A stretch of 64,000 nucleotides of DNA from an uncultured delta proteobacterium (GCA_963826785.1 CAWGYD010000008.1:384001-448000), one strand, 5' to 3'; positions 1 through 10,254 are shown, counted from the first letter of the stretch. Program-made: numbers and translations. Notes: generated by a model from the sequence alone, not told the origin.

Positions 1-89
1 AAATTGAAAGCCGGCATATTCTCATCAAAACCAGAGATGCCCTGACCTGGCTTTTTTCACCCTATTTGTAGACAAAAGGACCAGCGCAT

Positions 90-614
90 ATGACCAAATA
101 CAAAAAACCCGTTAAAACCGAGATCAACGTCTCCTCGGTGACCCGGGAACTTCTTGGCCTGGTCATGAAAATGCCCTTGAACGAGAAATGCAAACTGATG
201 GGTGAGTTGAAAGCGCCGATCCGAAAGATCACCGAAGATGACGTGCATGCTTCTTCCGTCACCAAGATTTTGATCGAAACCATCATGGGTATGTCCCTGG
301 ATGAACGCTGCCAGATACTGGGGGAACTAAAGGCCCTGACCGGTTCATCCAAGCGCAATTACAGCCGCAGGGAATATTCCGCCCATGTTCAATGCATGAT
401 CTCGGGGAACCTGATCAAGGGGGACATCCGCAACATCAGCAAGGGCGGGGTTTTCGTCGACCTTGCGCCCATGGCCAGGCGCAGCTTTTACGTCGATGAC
501 CCGGTGACCCTGATTTTCGAACACCCCGATACCGGACGCAATATCAAGGTGACCGGGATCATCGTCCGGATCAACCAAAAGGGATTTGCGGTCCGGCTTG
601 ACGAACTTTTGTAG
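90..614 (+). CDS. PilZ-domain (c-di-GMP receptor) protein with a duplicated N-terminal helical motif
   Basis: RxxxR (KRNYSR) and NISKGG PilZ motifs, C-terminal VRINQKGFAVRL; AAAGGA RBS upstream. Confidence 0.8.
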   Translation: MTKYKKPVKTEINVSSVTRELLGLVMKMPLNEKCKLMGELKAPIRKITEDDVHASSVTKILIETIMGMSLDERCQILGELKALTGSSKRNYSRREYSAHVQCMISGNLIKGDIRNISKGGVFVDLAPMARRSFYVDDPVTLIFEHPDTGRNIKVTGIIVRINQKGFAVRLDELL

Positions 615-660
615 CAAAGCGGCTTTTTACAAGGGCACCTGAACCGGGATGGGCGCAACA

Positions 661-3600
661 TTAGCCGGATGCAAGGGGAAACCAGGCCTGCACCCGGGTG
701 CCATTCCCCGGATTGCCGGAGAAATGGATCTCTCCCCCGAAGGCATACGCCCGCTCCTTCATCCCCAGAATGCCGAATGAATTTTCCTTCTCCATCTGTT
801 CATCCAGAAAACCCTTTCCGTTGTCTGCGACCTCCAGCATGATCCGCCCCCCTTTCCAGTGGAGGAGAACATCCACCCGAGACGCTTCCGCATGCCGCAC
901 GGCGTTGGTGGCGGCTTCCTGAAAGACCCGGAAGATGGCGGTGGACAGGTCATCGCCGCAGTCGATGGTCTCCGGATCGATGGTGACATGAAAGTCGATG
1001 CCGGACCGTGTCTGAAGATCCTCCGCCTGCCAGCGGACCGCCTCGGCCAGCCCCAGGTCGTTCAACAGGGCCGGACGCAGCCGGGTAATGATCCGTTTGA
1101 CCGACTGGATGGCCTCATTGGCAAGCGAGGTCACCATTTCCGCTTTTGATTTCAGCACAGGCGCGTCCGAGAGCATTTTCTTTGACATCCATGCGGCTTC
1201 AAGCTTGATGGCGGTCAGGGCCTGCCCCAGCTCGTCATGGATTTCCCGGGCGATGCCTTTTCGCTCCTGTTCCCGGGCCGCCTGCAGGTGCCGGGACAGC
1301 TGCTGCATCCGTTCCTTGGCGGCCGTCAGTGCATCTTCCGCCGCGCGGAGCTTGGTGATGTCCCGGGCGAATACCGCCACCCGGGTAATATTTCCCGATG
1401 CATCCCGGATCGGGTGGATATGGGCATAAAACCACCGGCCTTCCTCGACATCGACCATGCTGACCGGTTCTCCGGATACAAAGACCTTCTCCAGTTGATG
1501 TTTGCGATCACGTGCGATTTGAGCTGAATACAGTTCCCAGACGCAGGCCCCGATCAATTCAGCTTTCGGCTTATCGAAGTGCGCTGCATAGGTGGCGTTC
1601 AAATCAAGGATTTTTCCATTACCGTCCAGCAGAACAATCCCGTCGGAGGCGGCGTCAAGCAGGGTCCTGGCCTTCTCCTCACTCGAGAGCAGGGCCGCTT
1701 CGGCCATTACCCGCAAGGTGATGTCTTCGGCCACGCACAATCCTCCGATCACCTGGTCCTTGCTGGAAACGATGGGAACAAAATCGGCTTTCAGATGCCG
1801 GGTCCGGCCGCCGGTAACCGATGTATATTCCCCCTCGTAACCGGCGTAAATTCCATTGAGACAGGATTTGATGGCTTGAAGCACCTGTAAATTCTCTATA
1901 CCGGAAAGCAGGTCAAACCCGGCGATCTGATGGGCGCCGGCCCCCATCATTTCCTGCGCTTTGGGATTGTTATCAGAGATGACGCCGTTGGTATCGAAAT
2001 AGAAAAACCCCACTGATGCTGAATTAAAAATGAGACGATACTTGAGTTCACTGTCTGCCAGTTCCCTTTGTATCCGTATCCGCTCCGTAATGTTCCGGCC
2101 GATCACCTGGATGTTGTCGACCCGGCCGTTTCTGATGATGGGAGTAACGCTCGCCTCGACATGAACGGTGCTGCCGTCCTTGGCCCGGATGACCAGGTGG
2201 CGGGACTTGATCCGTTCGCCCCCAACGACCTGTTCAAAGAGCTGCATGGCCTGGACCGATTCGGGTTCCTGGAAATACCGGTTGAAATGATTGCCGATGA
2301 CTTCCTTCACGCTGTATCCGAAAATGTGCTCCGAGGCGGAGGAGGCATAGGTGATTTTTCCACCCGTATCGATTTCATAGATGCCGTCCGAGCTGGTTTC
2401 GGCCAGCAGGCGGTACTTTTCCTCGCTCTCCCGGACCATTTGTTCCGCATTCACCCGCTCGGTAAGATCCGCATTCACGCCAATGCCGCCGGTCACCCTG
2501 CCCTGCGCATCCCGGACCGGCATAAAATCGACATTTAAAAACAGTTTCCGCTCGCCGGTGACTGACGTATACCATCCTTCGTAATGGCTCTTCTCTCCCT
2601 GCAGCGCGGCTTGAAGCTGTTTCAAAACCGCTGAATCGGAAAGATTTTCCAGCATGTTAATGCCGATGAGCTTCAAATGGGAAGACCCCATCATGCGGAC
2701 AAACTGATGATTGCATTCGGTAATGACGCCGTTTTGATCAAAATGGAAAATTCCCACCGGGGCCAGGTTGAAAATCAGCCGGTAGCGCTCCCGGCTTTCT
2801 TCCACCATTTTTTCCGCAATCCGGCGCGCCGTGATATCGCTCACAACTTTTACCACGCCCTTGAGCTTTCCCGCGGTGTCGTTCACCGGGAAGCTGCGGA
2901 CATACCACCACTTGCCTTCCGGGGTCTGTATTTCAGCTTCATCTGCGCTCCCGGACGCAAATGTAGCGAGCACCGGGCAATTCTCGCAGGGCTTTTCTTT
3001 GCCCATGTATTGAAAACAAGGGGTCCGGGATAATTCTTCGGCGGTCAACCCCGTCATGTCCAGGGCTCTGCGGTTCGACCAGACCAGATCGAGCTTCGGG
3101 CTGCCGAAATAGAATACCGAATCATGGAGGCTGTCTAAAATGATCGATTTTTCCTTTTCATTTTCCGCCAACACCCTTTCCGCCAGGCGCCGGTCATTGA
3201 TCATGAACCGCAGCACCAGGACAATTGAAAAAAACAGGCACAAAATGGCCCCGAATATGAAGCTGAAGTTGCGAACCGTTTGTTTCATAATGGTCGATTT
3301 TGACATGCCGGCAGGCAGTGCCACCGTTTCCAGCCCCACCACCCGATCGATGGGAAGATGAAAGGATGCGGTGTCGCCGTAGCGCGCAAGCAGTCCCGGC
3401 GGTGCATCCGCCGGGTCTCCATGACAGGCCAGGCAGCGCTGCTCCATGCGCATGGGCCTGAATCTGGCGAGATATTCGATTCCTGACAGGCTGATCTCAT
3501 CCGTCCATTCCCTGATCTCCGGATGGGCATTGAAAAAAGCGATCAAATTGATTTCCGACGCGCTGCCCCGGTTGGCGGGATTGCGGGGGTTGTCCGATGA

Positions 3601-3909
3601 AAATTTGACGACCAGATCCGGGAACCGGTTTCTGACCTTTTCGAAAATCAGGCGTGACACATAGCTCGATGACATGATTTCGGGGATGAATTCATCTTCA
3701 GGCAGATACCCCCCGACCATCGGCCGAAGAATCTGGGAAACGTATTCCCGAATGGAGAGCTCAAAATTCAATGCGATATCCAGCTGTTCTTGATGCAGAT
3801 GATCCACGCTGTCCTGAATCTGCCGATAGGCATAATAAAACTGGATGGACGAAAAGATCACCACCAGCATGCTGATGGTCAAAATGATTTTGAGTCGGAT
3901 TTTCTTCAT
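661..3909 (-). CDS. Membrane sensor histidine kinase: DUF3365/Tll0287-like periplasmic heme c domain, about 5 PAS domains, HisKA_3/HATPase
   Basis: Two TM segments flank NPRNPANR...CLACHG; PAS/PAC repeats; IAREIHDELGQ H-box, EAATNAVRHA N-box, DNGKGF and GILGMKER G-boxes. Confidence 0.9.
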   Translation of the reverse strand: MKKIRLKIILTISMLVVIFSSIQFYYAYRQIQDSVDHLHQEQLDIALNFELSIREYVSQILRPMVGGYLPEDEFIPEIMSSSYVSRLIFEKVRNRFPDLVVKFSSDNPRNPANRGSASEINLIAFFNAHPEIREWTDEISLSGIEYLARFRPMRMEQRCLACHGDPADAPPGLLARYGDTASFHLPIDRVVGLETVALPAGMSKSTIMKQTVRNFSFIFGAILCLFFSIVLVLRFMINDRRLAERVLAENEKEKSIILDSLHDSVFYFGSPKLDLVWSNRRALDMTGLTAEELSRTPCFQYMGKEKPCENCPVLATFASGSADEAEIQTPEGKWWYVRSFPVNDTAGKLKGVVKVVSDITARRIAEKMVEESRERYRLIFNLAPVGIFHFDQNGVITECNHQFVRMMGSSHLKLIGINMLENLSDSAVLKQLQAALQGEKSHYEGWYTSVTGERKLFLNVDFMPVRDAQGRVTGGIGVNADLTERVNAEQMVRESEEKYRLLAETSSDGIYEIDTGGKITYASSASEHIFGYSVKEVIGNHFNRYFQEPESVQAMQLFEQVVGGERIKSRHLVIRAKDGSTVHVEASVTPIIRNGRVDNIQVIGRNITERIRIQRELADSELKYRLIFNSASVGFFYFDTNGVISDNNPKAQEMMGAGAHQIAGFDLLSGIENLQVLQAIKSCLNGIYAGYEGEYTSVTGGRTRHLKADFVPIVSSKDQVIGGLCVAEDITLRVMAEAALLSSEEKARTLLDAASDGIVLLDGNGKILDLNATYAAHFDKPKAELIGACVWELYSAQIARDRKHQLEKVFVSGEPVSMVDVEEGRWFYAHIHPIRDASGNITRVAVFARDITKLRAAEDALTAAKERMQQLSRHLQAAREQERKGIAREIHDELGQALTAIKLEAAWMSKKMLSDAPVLKSKAEMVTSLANEAIQSVKRIITRLRPALLNDLGLAEAVRWQAEDLQTRSGIDFHVTIDPETIDCGDDLSTAIFRVFQEAATNAVRHAEASRVDVLLHWKGGRIMLEVADNGKGFLDEQMEKENSFGILGMKERAYAFGGEIHFSGNPGNGTRVQAWFPLASG

Positions 3910-3936
3910 GAATGCATACCTTGATTCCAGAGGTGT

Positions 3937-4830
3937 TTACAGGCTCAGGGGAATGTCGAAAAAACGGATGGCATTTCCATGAAGGATGCGCCTGAGGTCA
4001 GCCTCCGGGAGCCCGGAATCGCCGATCTTTTTCAATTCCCGATCCCATGCATAGGGGATGTTGGGAAAATCCGAGCCGTACATGATCCGATCCATTCTCA
4101 TTTCCGAAAGCCTCATCGGCGGGTCCGCCGGGAGATAATCGGCAAGCGCCATGGCCGTGTCCAGGTAGAGATTGTCATAGGTTTGAATCAGCCGGTTATA
4201 AGCGTCAAGTTCGTCAAAACCCAGGTGCGGCACGCAGATATTGACACGGGGAAATTTTTTCAAAACCGCCTCGAGCTTGTCCGCATGGCAGATCAGGTAA
4301 GGATCGCATGGATAGGCCTCGCTTTTGGGCTCTCTTCCGGCGTGCATGACCAAAGGCTTATGGGCCGCCTGGCATACGCTCAGGATATCGGCCACCTCCG
4401 GGCTGCTTAATTCATAGCATTGTACATGGGCGTGAAGCTTGACGCCGGAAAGGCCCGCGTCAAATGCCTCGTTTAGAATATCCGCGCAATCCGGTTCACC
4501 CGGGAATACCGTGGCCATGCCGGTCACCCGGCCGGGGAACTGCCGGCAGATGCCGGCCATATAGGCATTCAACTGTCGGGCGATCCCGGGTTTGTGGGCA
4601 TACTGGAGCGCCACCACGTGGCGGATCCCCTTTGCGAACAGAAATGAGAGCAGATCGTAAGAATGCAGCCTGTACCGGATGGGCCAGCCGTATTCATCAA
4701 ACCACCGCCAGACGGCATCAAAAATCCCGTCCGGAAAGAGATGGACGTGGGCATCCACCACACCGGGCAGCCCTTCCGGCACCCGCTCGCCCTCAACATC
4801 ATTTATTTCTGGAAGATTGCTGTTCAGCAT
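3937..4830 (-). CDS. Amidohydrolase family 2 protein
   Basis: DAHVH, GVKLH, PHLG and YGSDFP motifs. Confidence 0.85.
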   Translation of the reverse strand: MLNSNLPEINDVEGERVPEGLPGVVDAHVHLFPDGIFDAVWRWFDEYGWPIRYRLHSYDLLSFLFAKGIRHVVALQYAHKPGIARQLNAYMAGICRQFPGRVTGMATVFPGEPDCADILNEAFDAGLSGVKLHAHVQCYELSSPEVADILSVCQAAHKPLVMHAGREPKSEAYPCDPYLICHADKLEAVLKKFPRVNICVPHLGFDELDAYNRLIQTYDNLYLDTAMALADYLPADPPMRLSEMRMDRIMYGSDFPNIPYAWDRELKKIGDSGLPEADLRRILHGNAIRFFDIPLSL

Positions 4831-4891
4831 GAAAATTCGATAGCTTTCTGTTTGGGCATTTCAGTTATTTTTCAATTTTCAAAGCCGCCTG

Positions 4892-4943
4892 AAAAAAAAA
4901 GCAGGGGAAAGCCCGTTTTACAATGATGGTCTCCCCCTGCTTC
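4892..4943 (-). terminator. Intrinsic terminator after the aldehyde oxidoreductase gene
   Basis: AGCAGGGG...CCCCTGCT stem followed by a long U-tract on the minus strand. Confidence 0.7.
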
Positions 4944-4961
4944 TTCGTTTACAACTGCGCA

Positions 4962-6806
4962 TTATGAACGGGCGCGATACAGATCTTCCGCCAATTGTCC
5001 GAGCCCCAGTTCCATCAGTTTTGCCCGCTCGGGTTTTCCGGTCTCCCAGTCCCAGCTGCAGGTCGCGTAAAACTCTTTGAGCATCCGGTCCAGATCCGGT
5101 TCGATGCCCGCGGTGGCCCCCTCCTTCAGCGCCCGGCGGGCGATTCCCGGCACCTTGTCATCGGCCCGGGTGACCCCCAGCAGGTTATTGATGGCCCGCT
5201 TGAGATTCAGGGACCGCTCCCCGAAGGTGAGCAGGTCCATGGCCTTGTATTCGATTCCGGTGATGCAGGACAGGATTTTGGCGATCATGCCCGCCGGCAG
5301 GGGCGAGAATTCGCAGAGGGTGAAGCTGTTGTACAGTTCACAAAAGAAGAGGATTTTTGCGGTCATGGCCCCTTTCTGGGAAGGGTCGTTCTTGTCGGAG
5401 AAAGTGATGCCCACATCCAGGCCCACTTCGTTTCCGGGGGCATCCAGGCTGTAGAAGCTTCCTTTCAGGTGGCAGGCTCCCCGCGGCCCCACCGCGTAGG
5501 AGAGCGCCGACCCCTGGTAGGCCCGGGGGTCGTGCATGGGGATCTCCAGTCCCTTGACATGGGCGGCTTCCTCGGGGTCGACCCCAAGTTCCTCGGCCAT
5601 TTTCTTTACCCCCTTGGAAAGCAGAACCCCGATCCCTTCCTGCTTCACCATCAACTCCAGCAGCGGCAGCAGGACGTCTCCGTCTCCCCAGGAAATGGCC
5701 ATTCCCGCCTTCTCCTGCGTAAGCACCCCTTTTTCCTGGAGGTGCATGGCAAAGGCGATGGACACGCCTGCGGAGATGGTGTCCAGGCCGTGCTCATTGC
5801 AGAAATGGTTGGCCCGGACCACCGTGTCAAGATCGAAATTCATGCACAGCGGACCAAAGGCCGCCACGGTTTCGTATTCGGGGCCGTCCACCTGTTTGAT
5901 GTCGTCGGCAAAATCCTTGATGATGCGGCCGCACCCGATGGGGCATCCGGCGCAGGCGTAATTGGACATGACATATTTTTCCCGGAAGGCCGGGCCGTGA
6001 ACCTTGGCGGCGGGAAAGATCGATTTGGTGAAATACCGGGTGGGGACATCTCCCAGGCGCATGGCCAGATCCATGTAGAAATTGGTGCCGTAGAGCTTGT
6101 AGGCATTGGTGTTGGCGTTGGCCTTGATGCAGTCCCGGGCCTCTTCGATGATGCGCTTGAGCTGATCCTGATTGGCGATCGGGGTTTTTTGATTTCCGCT
6201 CACCGCCAGTGCCTTCAGGTTCTTGGCGCCCATGAGTGCTCCCAGGCCGCACCGGCCGGCGGCCCGGCCCTCATCATTCATGATGTTGGCAAAATGGATC
6301 TGGTTCTCCCCGGCCAGACCGATGCAGGCGATGGAAACCCGGCCCTCGAGTTCGTCCTTGATCAGGGACTGGGTCTTGTAGATATCCTTTCCCCACAGGT
6401 GGGCCGCATCCCTTAATTCGGCCGCACCGTCATGAACGTACAAATAGACCGGATTTTCTGCTTTTCCGGTGATCAGGATGCCGTCGTAACCGGTTGCTTT
6501 GAGCCGGACGGGAAACTTGCCGCCGGTGGTGGCCTCCCCCCACAGGCCAGTGGCCGGGGAAATGCCGCAGACAGCCGCCCGGCTGACCATGGGGACGTTG
6601 GAGCCGGTAAACGGACCGGTGGCAAAGACAATCGGATTTTCCGGGGCGAGCGGATCCATATCCGGCTTGACCGAATCATAGATCAATCGGGCGGCCAGGG
6701 TGGACCCGCCGATGTATTTCTGCTGATCCTCATTGCTGATGGGAACTTCCGAAATCTGCCCGGTGGACAAATCGACTTTGAGATATTTTCCGAAATATCC
6801 GTTCAT
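4962..6806 (-). CDS. aor: Aldehyde:ferredoxin oxidoreductase (tungstopterin AOR family)
   Basis: MNGYFGKYLKVDLS start with GGAGG RBS; AAGRCGLGALMGAKNLKA, CAGCPIGC, GPEYET, HDPR, RGACH motifs. Confidence 0.92.
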   Translation of the reverse strand: MNGYFGKYLKVDLSTGQISEVPISNEDQQKYIGGSTLAARLIYDSVKPDMDPLAPENPIVFATGPFTGSNVPMVSRAAVCGISPATGLWGEATTGGKFPVRLKATGYDGILITGKAENPVYLYVHDGAAELRDAAHLWGKDIYKTQSLIKDELEGRVSIACIGLAGENQIHFANIMNDEGRAAGRCGLGALMGAKNLKALAVSGNQKTPIANQDQLKRIIEEARDCIKANANTNAYKLYGTNFYMDLAMRLGDVPTRYFTKSIFPAAKVHGPAFREKYVMSNYACAGCPIGCGRIIKDFADDIKQVDGPEYETVAAFGPLCMNFDLDTVVRANHFCNEHGLDTISAGVSIAFAMHLQEKGVLTQEKAGMAISWGDGDVLLPLLELMVKQEGIGVLLSKGVKKMAEELGVDPEEAAHVKGLEIPMHDPRAYQGSALSYAVGPRGACHLKGSFYSLDAPGNEVGLDVGITFSDKNDPSQKGAMTAKILFFCELYNSFTLCEFSPLPAGMIAKILSCITGIEYKAMDLLTFGERSLNLKRAINNLLGVTRADDKVPGIARRALKEGATAGIEPDLDRMLKEFYATCSWDWETGKPERAKLMELGLGQLAEDLYRARS

Positions 6807-6810
6807 GCGG

Positions 6811-8106
6811 CTACCTCCATGTTTCCGATTGCATATCGAGCAGGGTGCCTTCATATGCGTTTACAAAAACGTCTTTGATCTGCTCCCGGGTCAGATCGTA
6901 CCAGCCGAAATAAAACGAGGGATCCGTGGGGGTCTGGGCCAGGATCACCTCCATGTGCTTATCCAGATCCTCCCGGGCGATCCCTGCATCCTTTAACCCC
7001 ACCGGCAGATTGATCTCGAGCATGAAATTGCGGATCTTTTCCACCAGGCCGGCCAGGCGCGTTTCATTCGATGATGAATTTTCAACTCCCAGCGCGTCGC
7101 ACAGCGTCAGGTAGCGGTCGGTGGCCTTTGAATAGACCTGGAGTTCATAGGGGATAAACAGCATGACCATCACCCCGTGGTGGATATGAAACAGCCCGCC
7201 CACGGTGTGGCCGAGGGAATGGGAAATGCCCGATCCCGCATTGCACAGGGGGATGCCGCCCATCATGGCGGCCTGCTGCATTTTGATCCGGGGCATGAGG
7301 TCGTCGCCGTCTTTGCAGGCCCGGGGCAGCCATTCGAAAATCATCTGAATGGTTTTTATGGCGATGGCCTGGTTGAGCTCATCCGATTTGGGGGCCATGA
7401 ACCCGTCAATGGCATGGGCCAGGGCGTCACCGCCGGTCCCGGCGGTGAGTTCCGGGGGCATGCCGAGGGTGAAGGTGGGATCGAGCAGGGCGTAATCGGG
7501 CACGAACTCGGGAATGGCACCGGCCACAGGCAGCTTTACCCCGTCCGGAAAAGAGATGACCGCCACCCCTGATACTTCGGAGCCCGTTCCGCTGGTGGTG
7601 GGGACCGCCACCAGCTTTGCCTTGTGCCTCAGATTCAGCGGCACCAGCGGACTTAAAATCTCCAGCTTCACGTCCGGATGCTCATAGAGCAGCCAGGCGG
7701 CCTTGGCCGTGTCCATGGCCGACCCGCCGCCGATGGCAAAGATCAGGTCCGGTGCGAACCTGCGCATCTGGGCCGCACAATCCCGCACCGTATCGATGGG
7801 CGCGTCCGGTTTGGCCTTGGCCCACATGTCGAATGTGATGCCGTGCCGCTTCTCATAGGGCGCCCGGACCTTGGGGGCAAACCGCTGGGCATATTCGTCG
7901 GTGACGATAAATGCCTTCTTCTTCTTCGATTCCCGGGCGATCAGGTCCACCGAATCGGGCAGCAGCTGGGGCTTTTCCAGAAACAGGTTGAGCCCGGAAA
8001 AAATCCGCGGGGTGAAAAAGGGTTTGGAGACATCTTTTAAAAATTCCGCCTGGACCATGGGGCCGCCATAGGTCCTGAGCAGGTATTCATTTGTCCAGTA
8101 CGTCAT
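6811..8106 (-). CDS. Iron-containing alcohol dehydrogenase
   Basis: GGGSAMDTAK, PTTSGTGSE, DALAHAID, HSLGH and HIHHG metal ligands; AAGGAGG RBS before ATG 8106. Confidence 0.9.
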   Translation of the reverse strand: MTYWTNEYLLRTYGGPMVQAEFLKDVSKPFFTPRIFSGLNLFLEKPQLLPDSVDLIARESKKKKAFIVTDEYAQRFAPKVRAPYEKRHGITFDMWAKAKPDAPIDTVRDCAAQMRRFAPDLIFAIGGGSAMDTAKAAWLLYEHPDVKLEILSPLVPLNLRHKAKLVAVPTTSGTGSEVSGVAVISFPDGVKLPVAGAIPEFVPDYALLDPTFTLGMPPELTAGTGGDALAHAIDGFMAPKSDELNQAIAIKTIQMIFEWLPRACKDGDDLMPRIKMQQAAMMGGIPLCNAGSGISHSLGHTVGGLFHIHHGVMVMLFIPYELQVYSKATDRYLTLCDALGVENSSSNETRLAGLVEKIRNFMLEINLPVGLKDAGIAREDLDKHMEVILAQTPTDPSFYFGWYDLTREQIKDVFVNAYEGTLLDMQSETWR

Positions 8107-8192
8107 TTCGACCTCCTTGGGATGCTTGAATGCGGCGTGCGCGTCAACGGACACGTGCTCGTGAACGTTCACGAATTCTTTATTCAAATCAG

Positions 8193-8546
8193 TCAGGACA
8201 TGACGAATTTAATGGCCGCGCCAAACCAGGTAAACGAATGGAGTTTGCCTTCGATGGCCACCCGGTGATTGGAAATCGCCTGCATCACCCCTTCATCGCC
8301 CGACTTCATGGCATTGAAGGCAGTGCCTGCGTCAGCCCACACCATGGCGGCGTCGAACTGGTCCAGGACCTTGTCCGTGGAAAACTTCCCGTCTTTGAAG
8401 ATAAACCGTTTTCCCACCTTATTGTCATTGGTTTTAACGACCACGCTGCACTCGTGGCCCATCAGAAATTTCTTGAAATGCGGGTTGGTCCGGGCGGCTT
8501 TCCTGAATTTCGACGCAAGGATGTTCAGAAGCAAAAAGAATCTCAT
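8193..8546 (-). CDS. Small hypothetical protein, probable SCP2 (sterol/lipid carrier)-like fold
   Basis: AAGGAG RBS; pattern D-x-A-M-x-W...A...V-x-I-E-G resembles SCP2 domains; first gene of the ADH-AOR operon. Confidence 0.55.
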   Translation of the reverse strand: MRFFLLLNILASKFRKAARTNPHFKKFLMGHECSVVVKTNDNKVGKRFIFKDGKFSTDKVLDQFDAAMVWADAGTAFNAMKSGDEGVMQAISNHRVAIEGKLHSFTWFGAAIKFVMS

Positions 8547-8621
8547 GGGGCACTCCTTCGAATCGGCTGGTTATCTGTCGATCTGTTCGCAATGAACAGA
8601 CGGAGCATAAATTTTTTATAG

Positions 8622-8635
8622 TAAGTACTCACTTA
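8622..8635. promoter_or_regulatory. Palindromic operator candidate TAAGT-N4-ACTTA
   Basis: Inverted repeat in the AT-rich divergent region upstream of the SCP2-ADH-AOR operon. Confidence 0.4.
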
Positions 8636-8778
8636 GATTGCAATCCACAAATTAACCTTAACGTGAAAATTTGTCATTTTCCGGCAACGGCGCTTCCGAT
8701 TTCGGGGTGATAGCATTGTGGCGTGTTCATCAAATGATTATGATTATGGGGTCACTTACTTTAAAAAGAGGCGGAGTA

Positions 8779-9054
8779 ATGAAAAAATCCCAAAAGAAAA
8801 CCGTCAATGCCCGGGTGAGGCTGCTCAGATCGTTGATTCGCGATTTTCCCTGGATCCATATCTTTCTGGGGCTGACTGGAAATCTCAGTTTTTTTATCGG
8901 CAGCATCTGCTTTTTATGGGAGAAATACAAACCTGCGGGCGTATGGCTCTTTATCATCGGCTCTTTCGGCATGCTGATCGGAAGCATGGGGCATGCCTTC
9001 ATCAAATGGGACGAATACCTGAACCATCAAAATGATGATTCGACAGACTTGTAA
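8779..9054 (+). CDS. YrhK-like small membrane protein
   Basis: Two TM helices GNLSFFIGSICFLW and GVWLFIIGSFGMLIG; GGAG RBS. Confidence 0.75.
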   Translation: MKKSQKKTVNARVRLLRSLIRDFPWIHIFLGLTGNLSFFIGSICFLWEKYKPAGVWLFIIGSFGMLIGSMGHAFIKWDEYLNHQNDDSTDL

Positions 9055-9080
9055 TTCCATATTCACCCGGGAAATGATCG

Positions 9081-10163
9081 ATGGGCCATCAAAAAAAGAT
9101 TCTTCTCATGATCAAACGTAAATTGATCCTGCTGATGCTGCCGGCCTTTTGCCTTCTGGCCTGCGCGGGCAGAGCCGGTACACCGGCCTTTGCACAGAGC
9201 CGCTCCCTGAGCGAGGTTTTCAAGAAGGTCAACCCGTCTGTGGTTAAAATCATCACCCTTACACAGGCAGACAGGATTGACGCTTCCGGCGTTTCAGGCG
9301 CCGTCAGCTCCGGGGTGATCATTTCCGACCAGGGCCAGATCATGACTGCGGCCCACGCGGTGAATACCGCCGACAAGATCATGGTCATCCTCAGCAGCAG
9401 CCAGGTCATCGAGGCGGATGTGGTATCACTGTCCACCGATTCCGATATCGCGCTGATCGCGCTCAAAACCGTCCCGGAAACCCTCCCGGTGGCGCAGCTG
9501 GGAAATTCCGACCAGGTCAGCATCGGGGATGAGGTCTTTGTCATCGGCGCCCCCTATGGCATCGACCACACCCTGTCCGTCGGCCATATCAGCGGACGGA
9601 GAAAATCGCGCACGATTTGCCGGGAGATAACGCCGTTTGAATTTCTCCAGACCGATGCGGCCATCAACCAGGGCAATTCAGGAGGCCCCATGTTCAATGA
9701 AGCGGGGCAGGTGGTCGGCATCGTCAGCCGGATTCTTTCCAGCACCGGCGGGTCCATGGGACTGGGATTTGCCGTCTCCATCAATACCGCCCGGCAGCTC
9801 CTGTTGGAGAACCAGTCCTTCTGGATCGGATTTGACGCATTTTTGCTGTACGGAGACCTTGCCAAATCCTTCAATCTTCCCCAGGAAGCCGGCCTGCTGG
9901 TTCAGACCGTGGCACAAAATTCGCCCGGAGCGGATTTGGGGCTGAAGCCCGGAACCATTCCCGTCCAGATCGGCGACGATTCATTCCTCATCGGCGGAGA
10001 TATTGTCCTGACGGTCCAGGGCTTTCCGGTAACCTACTCGGTGGATGATGTGTGCGCCATCCAGGACACCATCGGCGGCTTTACGAAAGATAGCAGAATC
10101 GACCTGACCGTGCTGCGTGAAGGAAAAATCATCCACCTGACCACCGACGCCGGCGAAAAATAA
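9081..10163 (+). CDS. HtrA/DegP-like periplasmic serine protease with PDZ domain
   Basis: Signal peptide; triad TAAH, DIAL, TDAAINQGNSGGP; C-terminal PDZ-like region. Confidence 0.9.
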   Translation: MGHQKKILLMIKRKLILLMLPAFCLLACAGRAGTPAFAQSRSLSEVFKKVNPSVVKIITLTQADRIDASGVSGAVSSGVIISDQGQIMTAAHAVNTADKIMVILSSSQVIEADVVSLSTDSDIALIALKTVPETLPVAQLGNSDQVSIGDEVFVIGAPYGIDHTLSVGHISGRRKSRTICREITPFEFLQTDAAINQGNSGGPMFNEAGQVVGIVSRILSSTGGSMGLGFAVSINTARQLLLENQSFWIGFDAFLLYGDLAKSFNLPQEAGLLVQTVAQNSPGADLGLKPGTIPVQIGDDSFLIGGDIVLTVQGFPVTYSVDDVCAIQDTIGGFTKDSRIDLTVLREGKIIHLTTDAGEK

Positions 10164-10238
10164 CCGAGTCAAAGCGCCTGGCTTTGGGTGCCCCATTGAA
10201 AAGAAGGGGAAATCCGCAGAACCAAAAATTTTAAAACC

Positions 10239-10254
10239 GGGCATGCTTATTGCT
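10239..10254 (+). promoter_or_regulatory. Putative sigma-54 (-24/-12) promoter
   Basis: GGGCATGCTTATTGCT has the exact GG-N10-GC spacing, upstream of the glucan synthase gene. Confidence 0.5.

Noticed and set aside
4995..6416. 473-aa plus-strand ORF
   Set aside because: Antisense shadow of the AOR gene; no motifs; expected from high GC at third codon positions
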